DNA from: an uncultured archaeon | GTDB lineage: Archaea > Thermoproteota > Bathyarchaeia > Bathyarchaeales > Bathycorpusculaceae | Direction: 5' to 3' | Length of the DNA stretch: 64,000 bases | NCBI GenBank assembly: GCA_963782915.1 | Contig: CAWALK010000011.1 | Coordinates: forward strand, 64,001 to 128,000 | In this document: positions 11,059-20,325 of the stretch, in pieces | Layout: the number at the start of each line of letters is the position of its first letter | How positions within the stretch are numbered: position 1 is the stretch's first letter | Notes under the pieces: generated by a model | What the model was told of the DNA's origin: nothing | The model's input: the letters and a program-made list of their open reading frames with translations, nothing else | The model's database searches: none | Position numbers and translations under genes: made by a program

Positions 11059-12939
11059 ATGCGGCTTAGCACCCAGTTTAGAATCACTCTTGTTCTCTTC
11101 ACTGCTGTGTTAATCGTTATCTCAGTACCTGCTTTAGTTACCTCTAATCAGATAACTAAAACACGCGAACAAGAAAGTCTCGCAAATAATATAGTTCAAG
11201 GTGCCAGCGAACTGGGCTATTATGCAGGAGATTACGTGATTTATCAACAAGACACCCAGCTTAATCGTTGGCAAACCCGATATGAATCATTTTCTCAAGA
11301 TGTCGCTAACCTAAACGTGGATACCCCAGAGGAGCAATCACTTGTTCTATCCATAAATCAAAGCAAACAGAACATGAAAGAAGTATTTGACAGTATAATT
11401 TCATCAAACCAAAACTCATCGGAGACATTATCAACTTTTCAGGTCTCATGGAGCCGTATTAATATTCAAACGCAAACCCTGATCTCTGATGCTACACAGT
11501 TAGCCCAGTTACTGCGTAGCCAAGTAGATCAACTTAATTGGATAAATATTGAATTAATAGTAGGAACCATAGTGGCTTTTTCTGTTTTTATCGTAGCGAT
11601 CTATTTTCAGACCTTCCGACACACGCTAAAATCAATATATAACCTGCGCGAGGGCACCACAATTATCGGATCAGGAAACTTAGATTTCAGATTAACAGAA
11701 AATAAAAAAGACGAAATTGGAGAGCTATCGCGTTCCTTCAACCAGATGGCAACTAATCTAAAAACGGTAACTGCCTCAAAAGCGGAGTTAGAAAGAGCAC
11801 AAGAAGCCCTAAAAGAAAGCGAGCAACGTTGGTCTACCACCCTTGCAAGTATTGGAGATGCAGTTATTGCCACCGATACCAAAGGCAAAGTTTTATTCAT
11901 GAATGCTATCGCTGAAGAAAAAACAGGTTCAGCTTTAGCAGATGCATTTGGAAAACCCATAACTGAAGTGTTCAACATAATTAACGAGCAAACCCGCCAA
12001 ACCATTGAAAATCCCGTTGCTAAGGTGCTAAAGACTGGCTTAATCGAAGGCTTAACCAACCATACAATTCTAGTGCGCAAAAACGGGGATGAAATCCCCA
12101 TTGATGACAGCGGAGCGCCCATAAAAACTGCTGAAGGCAAAACTATGGGAGTAGTACTAGTTTTCCGCGATGTAACTGAACGCCGAAGGCTCCATCAACA
12201 GCTTGAATTGTACACTAAAGATTTAGAGACGCTTGTTGAGAAAAGAACTAAGCAACTAAAACAAGCAGAACGCATGGCTGCAATTGGCGAAACAGCAGGC
12301 ATGGTAGGTCACGACATACGAAACCCCTTGCATGCGATGTCGGGAGATGTATATTTAACAAAGCTAGACGTCGATGTACTCCCCGATAATGAAACTAAGA
12401 AGGATATACTAGACAACCTCAAAGCGATTGAAGACAACATTTTCTACATAAACAAGATTGTTGCGGATTTACAAGACTACTCAAAGCTTCAAACCCCAGC
12501 ATTGGAAGAGGTTAACCTGAAAGGCACAATCAACAGAATGCTCTCAACAATTAATGTTCCCCCATCTATCAGCATAAATATTTCTGTAGCTGAGGGCTTT
12601 CCTATCCTAAAAACTAACGATGACGCATTAATGCGGATAATGAGCAATTTGGTCTTGAATGCCATTCAAGCAATGCCTGAAGGTGGAGAACTGAATATAA
12701 CAGCTATCCTTGAAGGCAACCGACCAGTAGTATCTATTTCGGATACAGGTCAAGGCATTCCCGAAGATATAAGGCCACATTTGTTTAAGCCATTATTTAC
12801 CACCAAACCGAAGGGTCAGGGTTTTGGTTTAGCAGTGGTGAAGAAGCTAACTGAAGACTTGAGGATAGAAATAAGCTATGTAAGTACAGTGCGTAAAGGT
12901 ACAACGTTTTTCTTAAAATTCCCTCAAACTATCGAATAA
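11059..12939 (+). CDS. Membrane HAMP-PAS histidine kinase
   Basis: Two TM helices, extracellular helical sensor, HAMP (DEIGELSRSFNQM), PAS (LASIGDAVIATD…PIDDSGAPI), H-box GHDIRNPL, G-boxes DTGQGI and GQGFGL. Confidence 0.92.
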   Translation: MRLSTQFRITLVLFTAVLIVISVPALVTSNQITKTREQESLANNIVQGASELGYYAGDYVIYQQDTQLNRWQTRYESFSQDVANLNVDTPEEQSLVLSINQSKQNMKEVFDSIISSNQNSSETLSTFQVSWSRINIQTQTLISDATQLAQLLRSQVDQLNWINIELIVGTIVAFSVFIVAIYFQTFRHTLKSIYNLREGTTIIGSGNLDFRLTENKKDEIGELSRSFNQMATNLKTVTASKAELERAQEALKESEQRWSTTLASIGDAVIATDTKGKVLFMNAIAEEKTGSALADAFGKPITEVFNIINEQTRQTIENPVAKVLKTGLIEGLTNHTILVRKNGDEIPIDDSGAPIKTAEGKTMGVVLVFRDVTERRRLHQQLELYTKDLETLVEKRTKQLKQAERMAAIGETAGMVGHDIRNPLHAMSGDVYLTKLDVDVLPDNETKKDILDNLKAIEDNIFYINKIVADLQDYSKLQTPALEEVNLKGTINRMLSTINVPPSISINISVAEGFPILKTNDDALMRIMSNLVLNAIQAMPEGGELNITAILEGNRPVVSISDTGQGIPEDIRPHLFKPLFTTKPKGQGFGLAVVKKLTEDLRIEISYVSTVRKGTTFFLKFPQTIE

Positions 12940-13274
12940 CCGATGCGGAGGTTGTTTGCGCTTCCGTCTTTGAATAGCCGTTGACCGTCACATTTCTTGT
13001 GGGCACTTTGCGTGTAGTACGTTTCTTGTTGGCGCTTACGGTTAACCTTACGCCTAAAATGTAAAGAAAAATGGTTTTGCGATTAAATTCACGAGTCCTG
13101 AAAAGGTTCAATTCTCAGCCGCAGCTCCAATGCTTCAACTTAATAACAAGCCGCTATCCATAACCAAACGGTTCAACAACGGCTGTCAATAGCTGCCCTT
13201 AACTGGGTTATTATACAATCAAACGTGCTCTAAAAGCTAATTAGCATCAAACTGTAACTACGTATTCCCGCAGA

Positions 13275-14876
13275 GTGCATAGCATGAACGCTGATGGCCA
13301 GAATTTCCGCGATTCAATAATCGAATTTTTACCCGACGCCACGTTTGTCATAGACTTAAACGGCAAAATCATAATGTGGAATAGCGCAATGGAAATGTTA
13401 ACCAGCATTCCCCGAGACGCCATGCTCGGCAAAGGAGATTACGAATACGCCCTCCCATTCTACAAACAACGCAAACCAATGCTGGCTAACCTAATTTTCA
13501 TGCCTGAAGCGGACATAGAAAAGAAGTATGACACAGTTGAGCGAATTGGCGACACTCTTGTTGTCGAAATTTTTATCCCAGACTTTCGGCAGGGCGGTGC
13601 GTATCTCTGGGCTAAAGCAAGCCCCCTATACAATTCAGAAGGGGAAATCGTCGGCGCCATCGAAACAATCCGAGACATCACCGACCGAAAACGGGCAGAA
13701 CAAGAGATTATCCAGTCACGCCGCAGCCTCGCAGACATCCTTAGTTTCCTTCCCGACGCTACGTTTGTCATCGATTTAGAAGGCAAAATCATAGCGTGGA
13801 ACAGCGCAATGGAGATGTTAACCAGTGTTCCAGCAGACTCCATGGTCGGTAAAGGTAACTACGAGTACGCGCTTCCATTCTACAAACAGCGTCGTCCAAT
13901 GTTGGCAGACTTAATTTTCATGCCTGAAAACGAGTTAGAAAACAAATATAACACCGTTGAACGCGTCGGGGACACTCTTGTTGTCGATGTCTTTATTCCC
14001 GACTTTAAAGCAAGCGGCGCATACTTCTGGGCTAAAGCAAGCCCCCTGTACAATTCACAAGGTGAAATCGTCGGCGCCATCGAAACAATCCGAGACATCA
14101 CCGAACGCCGCGAAATGGAAGGCCGACTTGCCAAATCAAATGCCGAGCTCCAGATTGCTGCAGAAATACAGAAAAGCTTCCTACCTGAAACGATCCCTCA
14201 AATCCCCGGACTTGAGGTTGCCGCTCGGAACGTCATGGCAAAAGAGGTCGGAGGAGACTTCTTCGACGTAATCCCGTATGAGATTATGTCCCTTGAAAAG
14301 GGCACACATGGATTACTCGTTGCAGATGTCTCCGGAAAAGGCGTGCCTGCAGCCCTCTTTATGGCTTTATCAAGGATTGTGGTTCGAGTGAACGCACTTT
14401 GGCATCACGACCCGGCGAAAGTAATCTACCACTCAAACAACACTATTACGCAGGATTCAAAGTCCGGCATGTTTGTAACCCTGTTTTTCGGCATGTTAAA
14501 TGAGAAAGACCGAACCTTTACCTACGTAAACGCCGGTCACAACCCTCCACTGATATTCCGAAGCCATGATGGAACAGTTGAGAAGCTCCTCCCTACTGGA
14601 ATATGCCTGGGCGTGATTGAGAACGAGGAATATGAATCCCGAACAGTGACGATACAAAAAGGCGATGTACTCATTATGTATACTGATGGAGTTACAGAGT
14701 CAATAAATACCAAAGAAGAGTTGTTCGGGGAAAATCGACTCATCGATATCGGACGGAGCAATGCTCATCTTTCTGCACAGGGGATCCTCGAGCAGATTTT
14801 ATCCAGCGTAAAGGAGTTCTCTAAGGATATGCCCCAGTTTGATGACATCACTCTATTGGTCGTTAAGGGAACGTAA
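13275..14876 (+). CDS. PAS-PAS-PP2C (SpoIIE/RsbU-like) serine phosphatase
   Basis: Two duplicated PAS domains, then EVGGDFFD, ADVSGKGVPAAL, NAGHNPP, YTDGVTE, DDIT motifs. Confidence 0.92.
   Translation: MHSMNADGQNFRDSIIEFLPDATFVIDLNGKIIMWNSAMEMLTSIPRDAMLGKGDYEYALPFYKQRKPMLANLIFMPEADIEKKYDTVERIGDTLVVEIFIPDFRQGGAYLWAKASPLYNSEGEIVGAIETIRDITDRKRAEQEIIQSRRSLADILSFLPDATFVIDLEGKIIAWNSAMEMLTSVPADSMVGKGNYEYALPFYKQRRPMLADLIFMPENELENKYNTVERVGDTLVVDVFIPDFKASGAYFWAKASPLYNSQGEIVGAIETIRDITERREMEGRLAKSNAELQIAAEIQKSFLPETIPQIPGLEVAARNVMAKEVGGDFFDVIPYEIMSLEKGTHGLLVADVSGKGVPAALFMALSRIVVRVNALWHHDPAKVIYHSNNTITQDSKSGMFVTLFFGMLNEKDRTFTYVNAGHNPPLIFRSHDGTVEKLLPTGICLGVIENEEYESRTVTIQKGDVLIMYTDGVTESINTKEELFGENRLIDIGRSNAHLSAQGILEQILSSVKEFSKDMPQFDDITLLVVKGT
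13325..14110 (+). repeat. Intragenic tandem duplication of a PAS domain, 420-bp period
   Basis: For example GAAATCGTCGGCGCCATCGAAACAATCCGAGACATCACCGA occurs at ~13644 and ~14064. Confidence 0.85.
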
Positions 14877-15030
14877 CATTGGTTTATTCCCAGCATCTGT
14901 GCAATCAACATCATGAGCTTTTTCGAAAGGTTCAAATCGATTAGCTTTGATTCGGAAGCCCTGTTTGCGCTTGGTTATAAATACAAGAATAACTATAGAA
15001 AAGCTAAATTCACGTTAATGGAGAGTTACC

Positions 15031-16270
15031 ATGTCAACGATAAAATCCGAAGCCCAAAGATGCCTGAAATGCAAAGTGCCCGGATGCGCCAAGGGATGCC
15101 CCGTCTCAACACCTGTCCCACAGGTCTTCAACTTTGTTTTTAGACGGCAAACTCAGAGAAGCCGGAGAATTACTCTTCAACAACAATCCCCTATCCGCCG
15201 TAACCTCCATCATCTGCCCCCACGACAGAAACTGCAAAGGCCACTGCATACTGAATAAAAAGGGCCAACCTATCGAATTCTATAAAGTAGAGCAATATAT
15301 TTCCGGTTTTTACCTTGAAACTTTCCAACCGCCACAGATCCAAAAAAACGGCAAAAAAGTCGCTGTTGTAGGTGCAGGCCCTGCCGGAATAACCATGAGC
15401 ATCACTCTAGCCTTGAAGGGTTACTCGATTACCTTGTTCGATGCAATGGATAGCATCGGCGGCACTCTACGTTATGGCATTCCAGAGTTTAGACTCCCTA
15501 AAAGCATCCTTGATTCATACAAGAAAATTCTCGATTCTTTAGGCGTTAAATTCCGCCCCAACACTCGAATAGGCACTAACATCTCCACCGAAGACATGTT
15601 CCTAGACGGCTATGACTCTATTTTTATTTGCACAGGCACCACTCGACCTAATCGTTATGGTCTTTTAGGTGAAACCCTGGGACATGTACATTATGCCATC
15701 GACTATTTGAAATCGCCTAATGCCTACAAACTAGGCAAGAAAGTCGCAATCATCGGTGCAGGAAACGTCGCCATCGATGCAGCAAGAACCGCCATAAGGA
15801 AAGAACACTCTGAGGTCACTATCCTAAACTGTAAGGGAGCGGAAGATATGAGTGCAGACAAAGCCGAAGTTGAAATGGCAATAATCGATGGGGTAAAAAT
15901 GCTCCATAACTGCCAAACCGTCCGAATAGGCGACGACTTTGTCAAATGCGTAAAATCCGAAAAGAATGTGGCTGAAGATGGCTCAGTAAGTTTTAACGAG
16001 GATTTCCAATCGTCATTTGAGGTTCCTGCTGATTCGGTTATCATTGCGATCGGTCAAGGTCCAGGCGCAGATGTCGTTAGCGTCGGCAGCGCAAAAGTTA
16101 CCAAAAGAGGACTACTAGAGGTTGACGAGTTCGGCCAAACAACGCAGAAAGGAGTATTCGCTGCAGGAGATATAGTCACTGGCCCCAAAACAGTCATTGA
16201 AGCGGTGGCTTTCGCCAAGAAGGCTGCTGTGAAGATCGAGGAATACTGCCAAAACGCGGCTTCTACATAG
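15031..16270 (+). CDS. GltD/SudA-like NAD(P)H-dependent Fe-S flavoprotein (frameshift near 15135)
   Basis: EAQRCLKCKVPGCAKGCP and ICPHDRNCKGHC Fe-S motifs, GAGPAG, YGIPEFRLP, GAGNVAIDAAR, FAAGD. Confidence 0.88.
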
Positions 16271-16407
16271 GTTTACATAGACGCCTTGACTTGCAGGGAA
16301 TACAATTCCAATCCTTTAATCTAACTAACATTTTTATCTTAATGATTCCTCTAGCTTAAGTTAGGTGTCTTATTTTGCAAAGTGATTTTGACCTAGACGA
16401 GTACAAC

Positions 16408-16656
16408 ATGATTGATATGAATGCAAAAAAAGTTTTAGAAGCACTCTCCGAACTCAATAAAGGCGGGTTTGCCAAAGGCGAGGAGTTGCATAAAAAAACA
16501 GGGTTCACTCCGGAAACCATTAATGGAGCAGTTAAGGTTTTGGAGAAATCGTTGCTTGTCGATAACCCAACCATTTCAGAAAGTCTGCCGCCTTACGATT
16601 TTGTTGCAGTAGAGATCACTGATTTTGGCAGGCAAGTTCTCGAAAAATATGGGTAG
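16408..16656 (+). CDS. Small winged-helix-like hypothetical protein
   Basis: ELHKKTGFTPETINGAVKVLEKSLLV…VEITDFGRQVL fits a wHTH pattern. Confidence 0.55.
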   Translation: MIDMNAKKVLEALSELNKGGFAKGEELHKKTGFTPETINGAVKVLEKSLLVDNPTISESLPPYDFVAVEITDFGRQVLEKYG

Positions 16657-17109
16657 CAATATTAGCTAATTTAGTTTAGCAATTGCTGAATAATTCAGAG
16701 GGGGCTTTTTTCTGCTAAAAAGGCAGTGGGTTGAATCTCCCTTTAAAGGGTTCAATCCGTAGCTCAGCGTACTGTGAGGGGGTTTTATGCTTTGGGGTTG
16801 AGTGGCTTTTTTGGTTTTTTCTGTGTTTTTAGGGTTTGTGTTTTGTAGACTGGTTCACTTGAGATTGATATTTCTTTTTTTGGCAAGCGCTTTTCCTTCG
16901 TGAGTTTTACTCTGGGTTTGTGGATTTAAGCTTTGGTGTAAGCATGCAAGGGCTTTATGTGGGTTCGATTGTTTGCCCGATTTTTTTTAGATGCGTTTTG
17001 TATTGGCTGTTTTTGCGTATTTAGGAAGCATATTTTGTATCTATATGGTTGATGCTCACCCCTTATATCACATCGTAATATACAATATACGTAATTAAAT
17101 TACAAGCTG

Positions 17110-18225
17110 ATGACAGCAATGAAAGATCCCCAAAAAAATAGAACCCCCATCAACACGCGGCTAAAAAGAATCCTCAAAAGCCGCCTAGCCCTAAGCACAG
17201 TCGTAACCACCCTCATCATACTGGTAATCTCCGTGCTACTGGCAAGCGTAGTAACCTACTTCGCCATAAACGTCGTAAGCACCCGTGTCCAAGAAGAAAG
17301 CTTGCACCTAACAAAACAGCACCTCTGGCACAACGCAGCCGCAACAGCCGGAGCCGCAAACTACTCCATCGCATCACTCATGGTCATCAACACAGGCGGT
17401 CGAGACATAGTCATCGACAAACTAGCCGTCCGAGGACAAGAAAGCCCCTGGAACGACCAAGTAAACAACAAATTCGTCCTCTACGCAATAACAACCGACC
17501 CAATAGCAAGCGACATGCCCTTCGTAGGCAACCTGTCAGCTACAGGCACCAACACCTTAGAGTTGGGCGGCAAAGACTACACCTTCCATTTAGCCGTAAA
17601 CGACTTAGTCTTGCCATCAGGAAACACAATGGTCCTCTACATCGTTAATCCGGACTCAATCACCATCAACGACATTGGCTTAACCGTATCCATCACCTTG
17701 TACACGGCGCAAGCAATGTACTATCGTGAAGCAAACGTGCAAGCATACTACCACACAAACAACGTACAAACAGTCGCCCAAGAGGAAGAACCAGAAGCCA
17801 CGCCTTCACCTACACCCGAACCACAAGCACCTGACGTTACCGTAACCAAACTCGTCGCCTATTATGACGACTCCGGTTCACAGGCAGGTTTCGTTATAAC
17901 AAATAATGAAGACAGTGCCATTACTATCGCAGGCTTAAAACTTAACAACGTAGCTGAAGAAAACATGTATGCTGCTGTAGGATCGTTCACAGTAGAAAAT
18001 GCCCTTGCATACATTGCTAATGGATGGCTTGACGTTAACGTTCAGGGACATGACCTTGCAGGTGCGGCATCATGCACTATCCCAGCGGGGCAAACAGCAA
18101 TCATATACATATCCGGCGCAGGCTTAGAAGAAGCCGACGTGGGCCAGTCCGTCAACCTTGCAATAATGTTCGAAGATGAGACGCTTATCCTTGAGCCAGT
18201 AACTGTTCAGGCTGAACCCTTATAG
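17110..18225 (+). CDS. Archaeal type IV pilin/archaellin-like protein
   Basis: Class III signal peptide: basic leader KRILKSRLA followed by hydrophobic LSTVVTTLIILVISVLLASVV; INTGGRDIVIDK motif; PT linker and a second domain. Confidence 0.75.
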   Translation: MTAMKDPQKNRTPINTRLKRILKSRLALSTVVTTLIILVISVLLASVVTYFAINVVSTRVQEESLHLTKQHLWHNAAATAGAANYSIASLMVINTGGRDIVIDKLAVRGQESPWNDQVNNKFVLYAITTDPIASDMPFVGNLSATGTNTLELGGKDYTFHLAVNDLVLPSGNTMVLYIVNPDSITINDIGLTVSITLYTAQAMYYREANVQAYYHTNNVQTVAQEEEPEATPSPTPEPQAPDVTVTKLVAYYDDSGSQAGFVITNNEDSAITIAGLKLNNVAEENMYAAVGSFTVENALAYIANGWLDVNVQGHDLAGAASCTIPAGQTAIIYISGAGLEEADVGQSVNLAIMFEDETLILEPVTVQAEPL

Positions 18226-18252
18226 GAGAAGCCAAGTAAGTACCAAAAATAG

Positions 18253-18296
18253 GCGGCAACCAGTAGCCCCTCCATGTTTAGGCGGTCTGGCTGCCG
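18253..18296. terminator. GC-rich hairpin followed by a T-tract between convergent genes
   Basis: CGGCAACCAG…CTGGCTGCCG stem, then TTTTTATTTTTTT. Confidence 0.45.
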
Positions 18297-18326
18297 AAAC
18301 CTAAAATTTTTATTTTTTTGCTTTGA

Positions 18327-18773
18327 TTATGTTTTTTTGAAGTATTCTTTTAGTGGATCCCAATAAAACTCTATCCAGCCCTGCTCAACCTCACTCGCCT
18401 GCACTTTAGGAACATTCGAATGCACCATACAAATCTCTGTGCCCCCTGGAACCGCATTAAAAGTCAACTCCAACTTCGAAGCCGGATAACCTTCCTCCCA
18501 ATCCGTGGTAGTCCACTCCTGCACAACACGTTTGCCATCGTCTAAAACAAGGTATTTGCCAAAGATGTATCCATCCCAACTTGAGTATTTGCCGCCAACC
18601 GAGGGTTTGCCGGTAGCTTTGCTGTCGGTAAATTCACTTTGTTTTTTAGGGTCGACATATGCATCGTAGACTTGTTTGGGGGATGCATTGGGGATGATTA
18701 CGGTTTGTTTTATGGTTGTTACTTCTTGCTTCAAAGACCTCACGCCTAAATAGTGCACTATGCGAGGGAGCAT
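18327..18773 (-). CDS. SRPBCC/AHSA1 domain protein
   Basis: ASPKQVYDAY…GGKYSSWDGYI…RVVQEW…GWIEFYWDPLK. Confidence 0.85.
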   Translation of the reverse strand: MLPRIVHYLGVRSLKQEVTTIKQTVIIPNASPKQVYDAYVDPKKQSEFTDSKATGKPSVGGKYSSWDGYIFGKYLVLDDGKRVVQEWTTTDWEEGYPASKLELTFNAVPGGTEICMVHSNVPKVQASEVEQGWIEFYWDPLKEYFKKT

Positions 18774-18815
18774 TTAACTTTTGGCTGTCGCTGGCTTGTT
18801 AGCTATGAAATTGGT

Positions 18816-18923
18816 TTAGATGAATAGTACAAGTACCACTACTTCGGCCAGAACGGCTACGGTTAGAATCCTGTTTAGTCGCTCCACACGTTTAATCATC
18901 CGTTCAAGTTCATTATTATCCAT
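18816..18923 (-). CDS. 35-aa single-TM microprotein (not in the ORF track)
   Basis: MDNNELERMIKRVERLNRILTVAVLAEVVVLVLFI*, preceded by a GGTGA SD-like motif. Confidence 0.55.
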   Translation of the reverse strand: MDNNELERMIKRVERLNRILTVAVLAEVVVLVLFI

Positions 18924-18960
18924 CTCTTCACCACCCAGCCATTTTCGGTTTTTTGTTATC

Positions 18961-19200
18961 CTACAGGAAAGAGATCAAGATTATTACAGCAAGTGTAGCT
19001 ACGCCCAACCCCGCCGCAGCATAGCTTAAGAGTTCCGTTCGCCTCATCGCCTTTTCTAAGCGTGCATTCAACTCTGCATTACGAGATGCATCCATCGCTG
19101 ATGATTGAGCACTCGAATTCGGGGCTATTACAGCGTTGCAGCTGCCACAGACAACCGCATCCGCCAAGACCGCGGCACCGCATTGTGGACAGATAGGCAT
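18961..19200 (-). CDS. Zinc-ribbon membrane protein
   Basis: MPICPQCG…VCGSC double CxxC, short coiled coil, C-terminal TM helix. Confidence 0.7.
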   Translation of the reverse strand: MPICPQCGAAVLADAVVCGSCNAVIAPNSSAQSSAMDASRNAELNARLEKAMRRTELLSYAAAGLGVATLAVIILISFL

Positions 19201-19341
19201 ACTTGTTTCCTCTAAGTAGGCAATGGCAAAATAGGAATTATAGCTTTTGCCCAATTCTACAACTCAAAGCTAAGCGTTGGTTTACCGCAAGAAATAAATC
19301 GCTACCAAAACAACTTCTTCACCGTTACCGTCTCCTCCAAC

Positions 19342-20298
19342 ATGGAGAAAACCATGAATCTGCCGTTAAATAAGAAAACCGCCATAATCACAGTCATCGC
19401 TATAGCGGTTATCCTGAACTTCAGCATCTTTATCCAAGCTTATCCGCTAACTTTTACGCCGCAAACGCCTACGTTAGAGAGGGACTTTTCGGCTTATTAC
19501 ACGGGGGCATGGCGATTATTCAACAACCCAACCCAAGTCTATTATGACGGCAGCTTACCCGGCGACTACGCGCTCGTGGGGCAACCGCAGCCATTCAAGT
19601 ATATCCCCAACTTTTTGATTCTTTTTGCGCCCTTTACAGCGCTAAACTATCAGAATGCACTAAACGCCTTTGACATCATCCAGTTCCTCTCCATGATAGC
19701 GCTGGCTTTCTTTTCCTATAAACTGGTTAAAGACAGGAACTTATTTCTTGCCGCGGCAGTCGTGCTCATTGTATTGGTGCAACCCATCCTTATCTCGCCG
19801 TCTATACAATATGACGACGCAAACTTTCTGCATTACCGCATGCTAAGCTTAAGCGTTCAAACCTTCTCGCCAAGCTACCTCTGTGGCTATACCTTAGCCA
19901 ATGCACATATACTCCAAAACACCCTGCTGGTAGGCGCTCTATACTTCGCGTTTTCTAAGAAGCCTTGGTTGTCAGCGTTAATGTTTACGTTTGGGGCATT
20001 CGACCCGCGGGTTGCACTTGTTGCAGCTCCGCTTCTGTTGTGGTATAACAGAAAATCATTACTGAAATTCTTGGGTGCCACAGCTGCTTTACTCGCAATT
20101 ACAAACCTGCCCTTCTTCCTCTATAGCGGCATCGGCGAATCATTCCTGAATACTGTTGTGACTGGCAACGTGGTTTCCCAGATGTACCTCTACGAGTATA
20201 TTCCGCTCTACTCAATTGCCGCCTTGACAGCACTTGAATTGATAACGGTTCTCTATAACCGAAAAAACAGTTTATCTCTTAAAATAAAAAAGAATTAG
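19342..20298 (+). CDS. Polytopic membrane protein, GT87/DUF2029-like (GT-C) glycosyltransferase
   Basis: RDFSAYYTGAWRL…FKYIPNFLILFAPF pattern after the first TM, followed by multiple TM helices. Confidence 0.65.
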   Translation: MEKTMNLPLNKKTAIITVIAIAVILNFSIFIQAYPLTFTPQTPTLERDFSAYYTGAWRLFNNPTQVYYDGSLPGDYALVGQPQPFKYIPNFLILFAPFTALNYQNALNAFDIIQFLSMIALAFFSYKLVKDRNLFLAAAVVLIVLVQPILISPSIQYDDANFLHYRMLSLSVQTFSPSYLCGYTLANAHILQNTLLVGALYFAFSKKPWLSALMFTFGAFDPRVALVAAPLLLWYNRKSLLKFLGATAALLAITNLPFFLYSGIGESFLNTVVTGNVVSQMYLYEYIPLYSIAALTALELITVLYNRKNSLSLKIKKN

Positions 20299-20325
20299 TT
20301 GAAGCAGTAAAGCCTCAGTTGAAGT

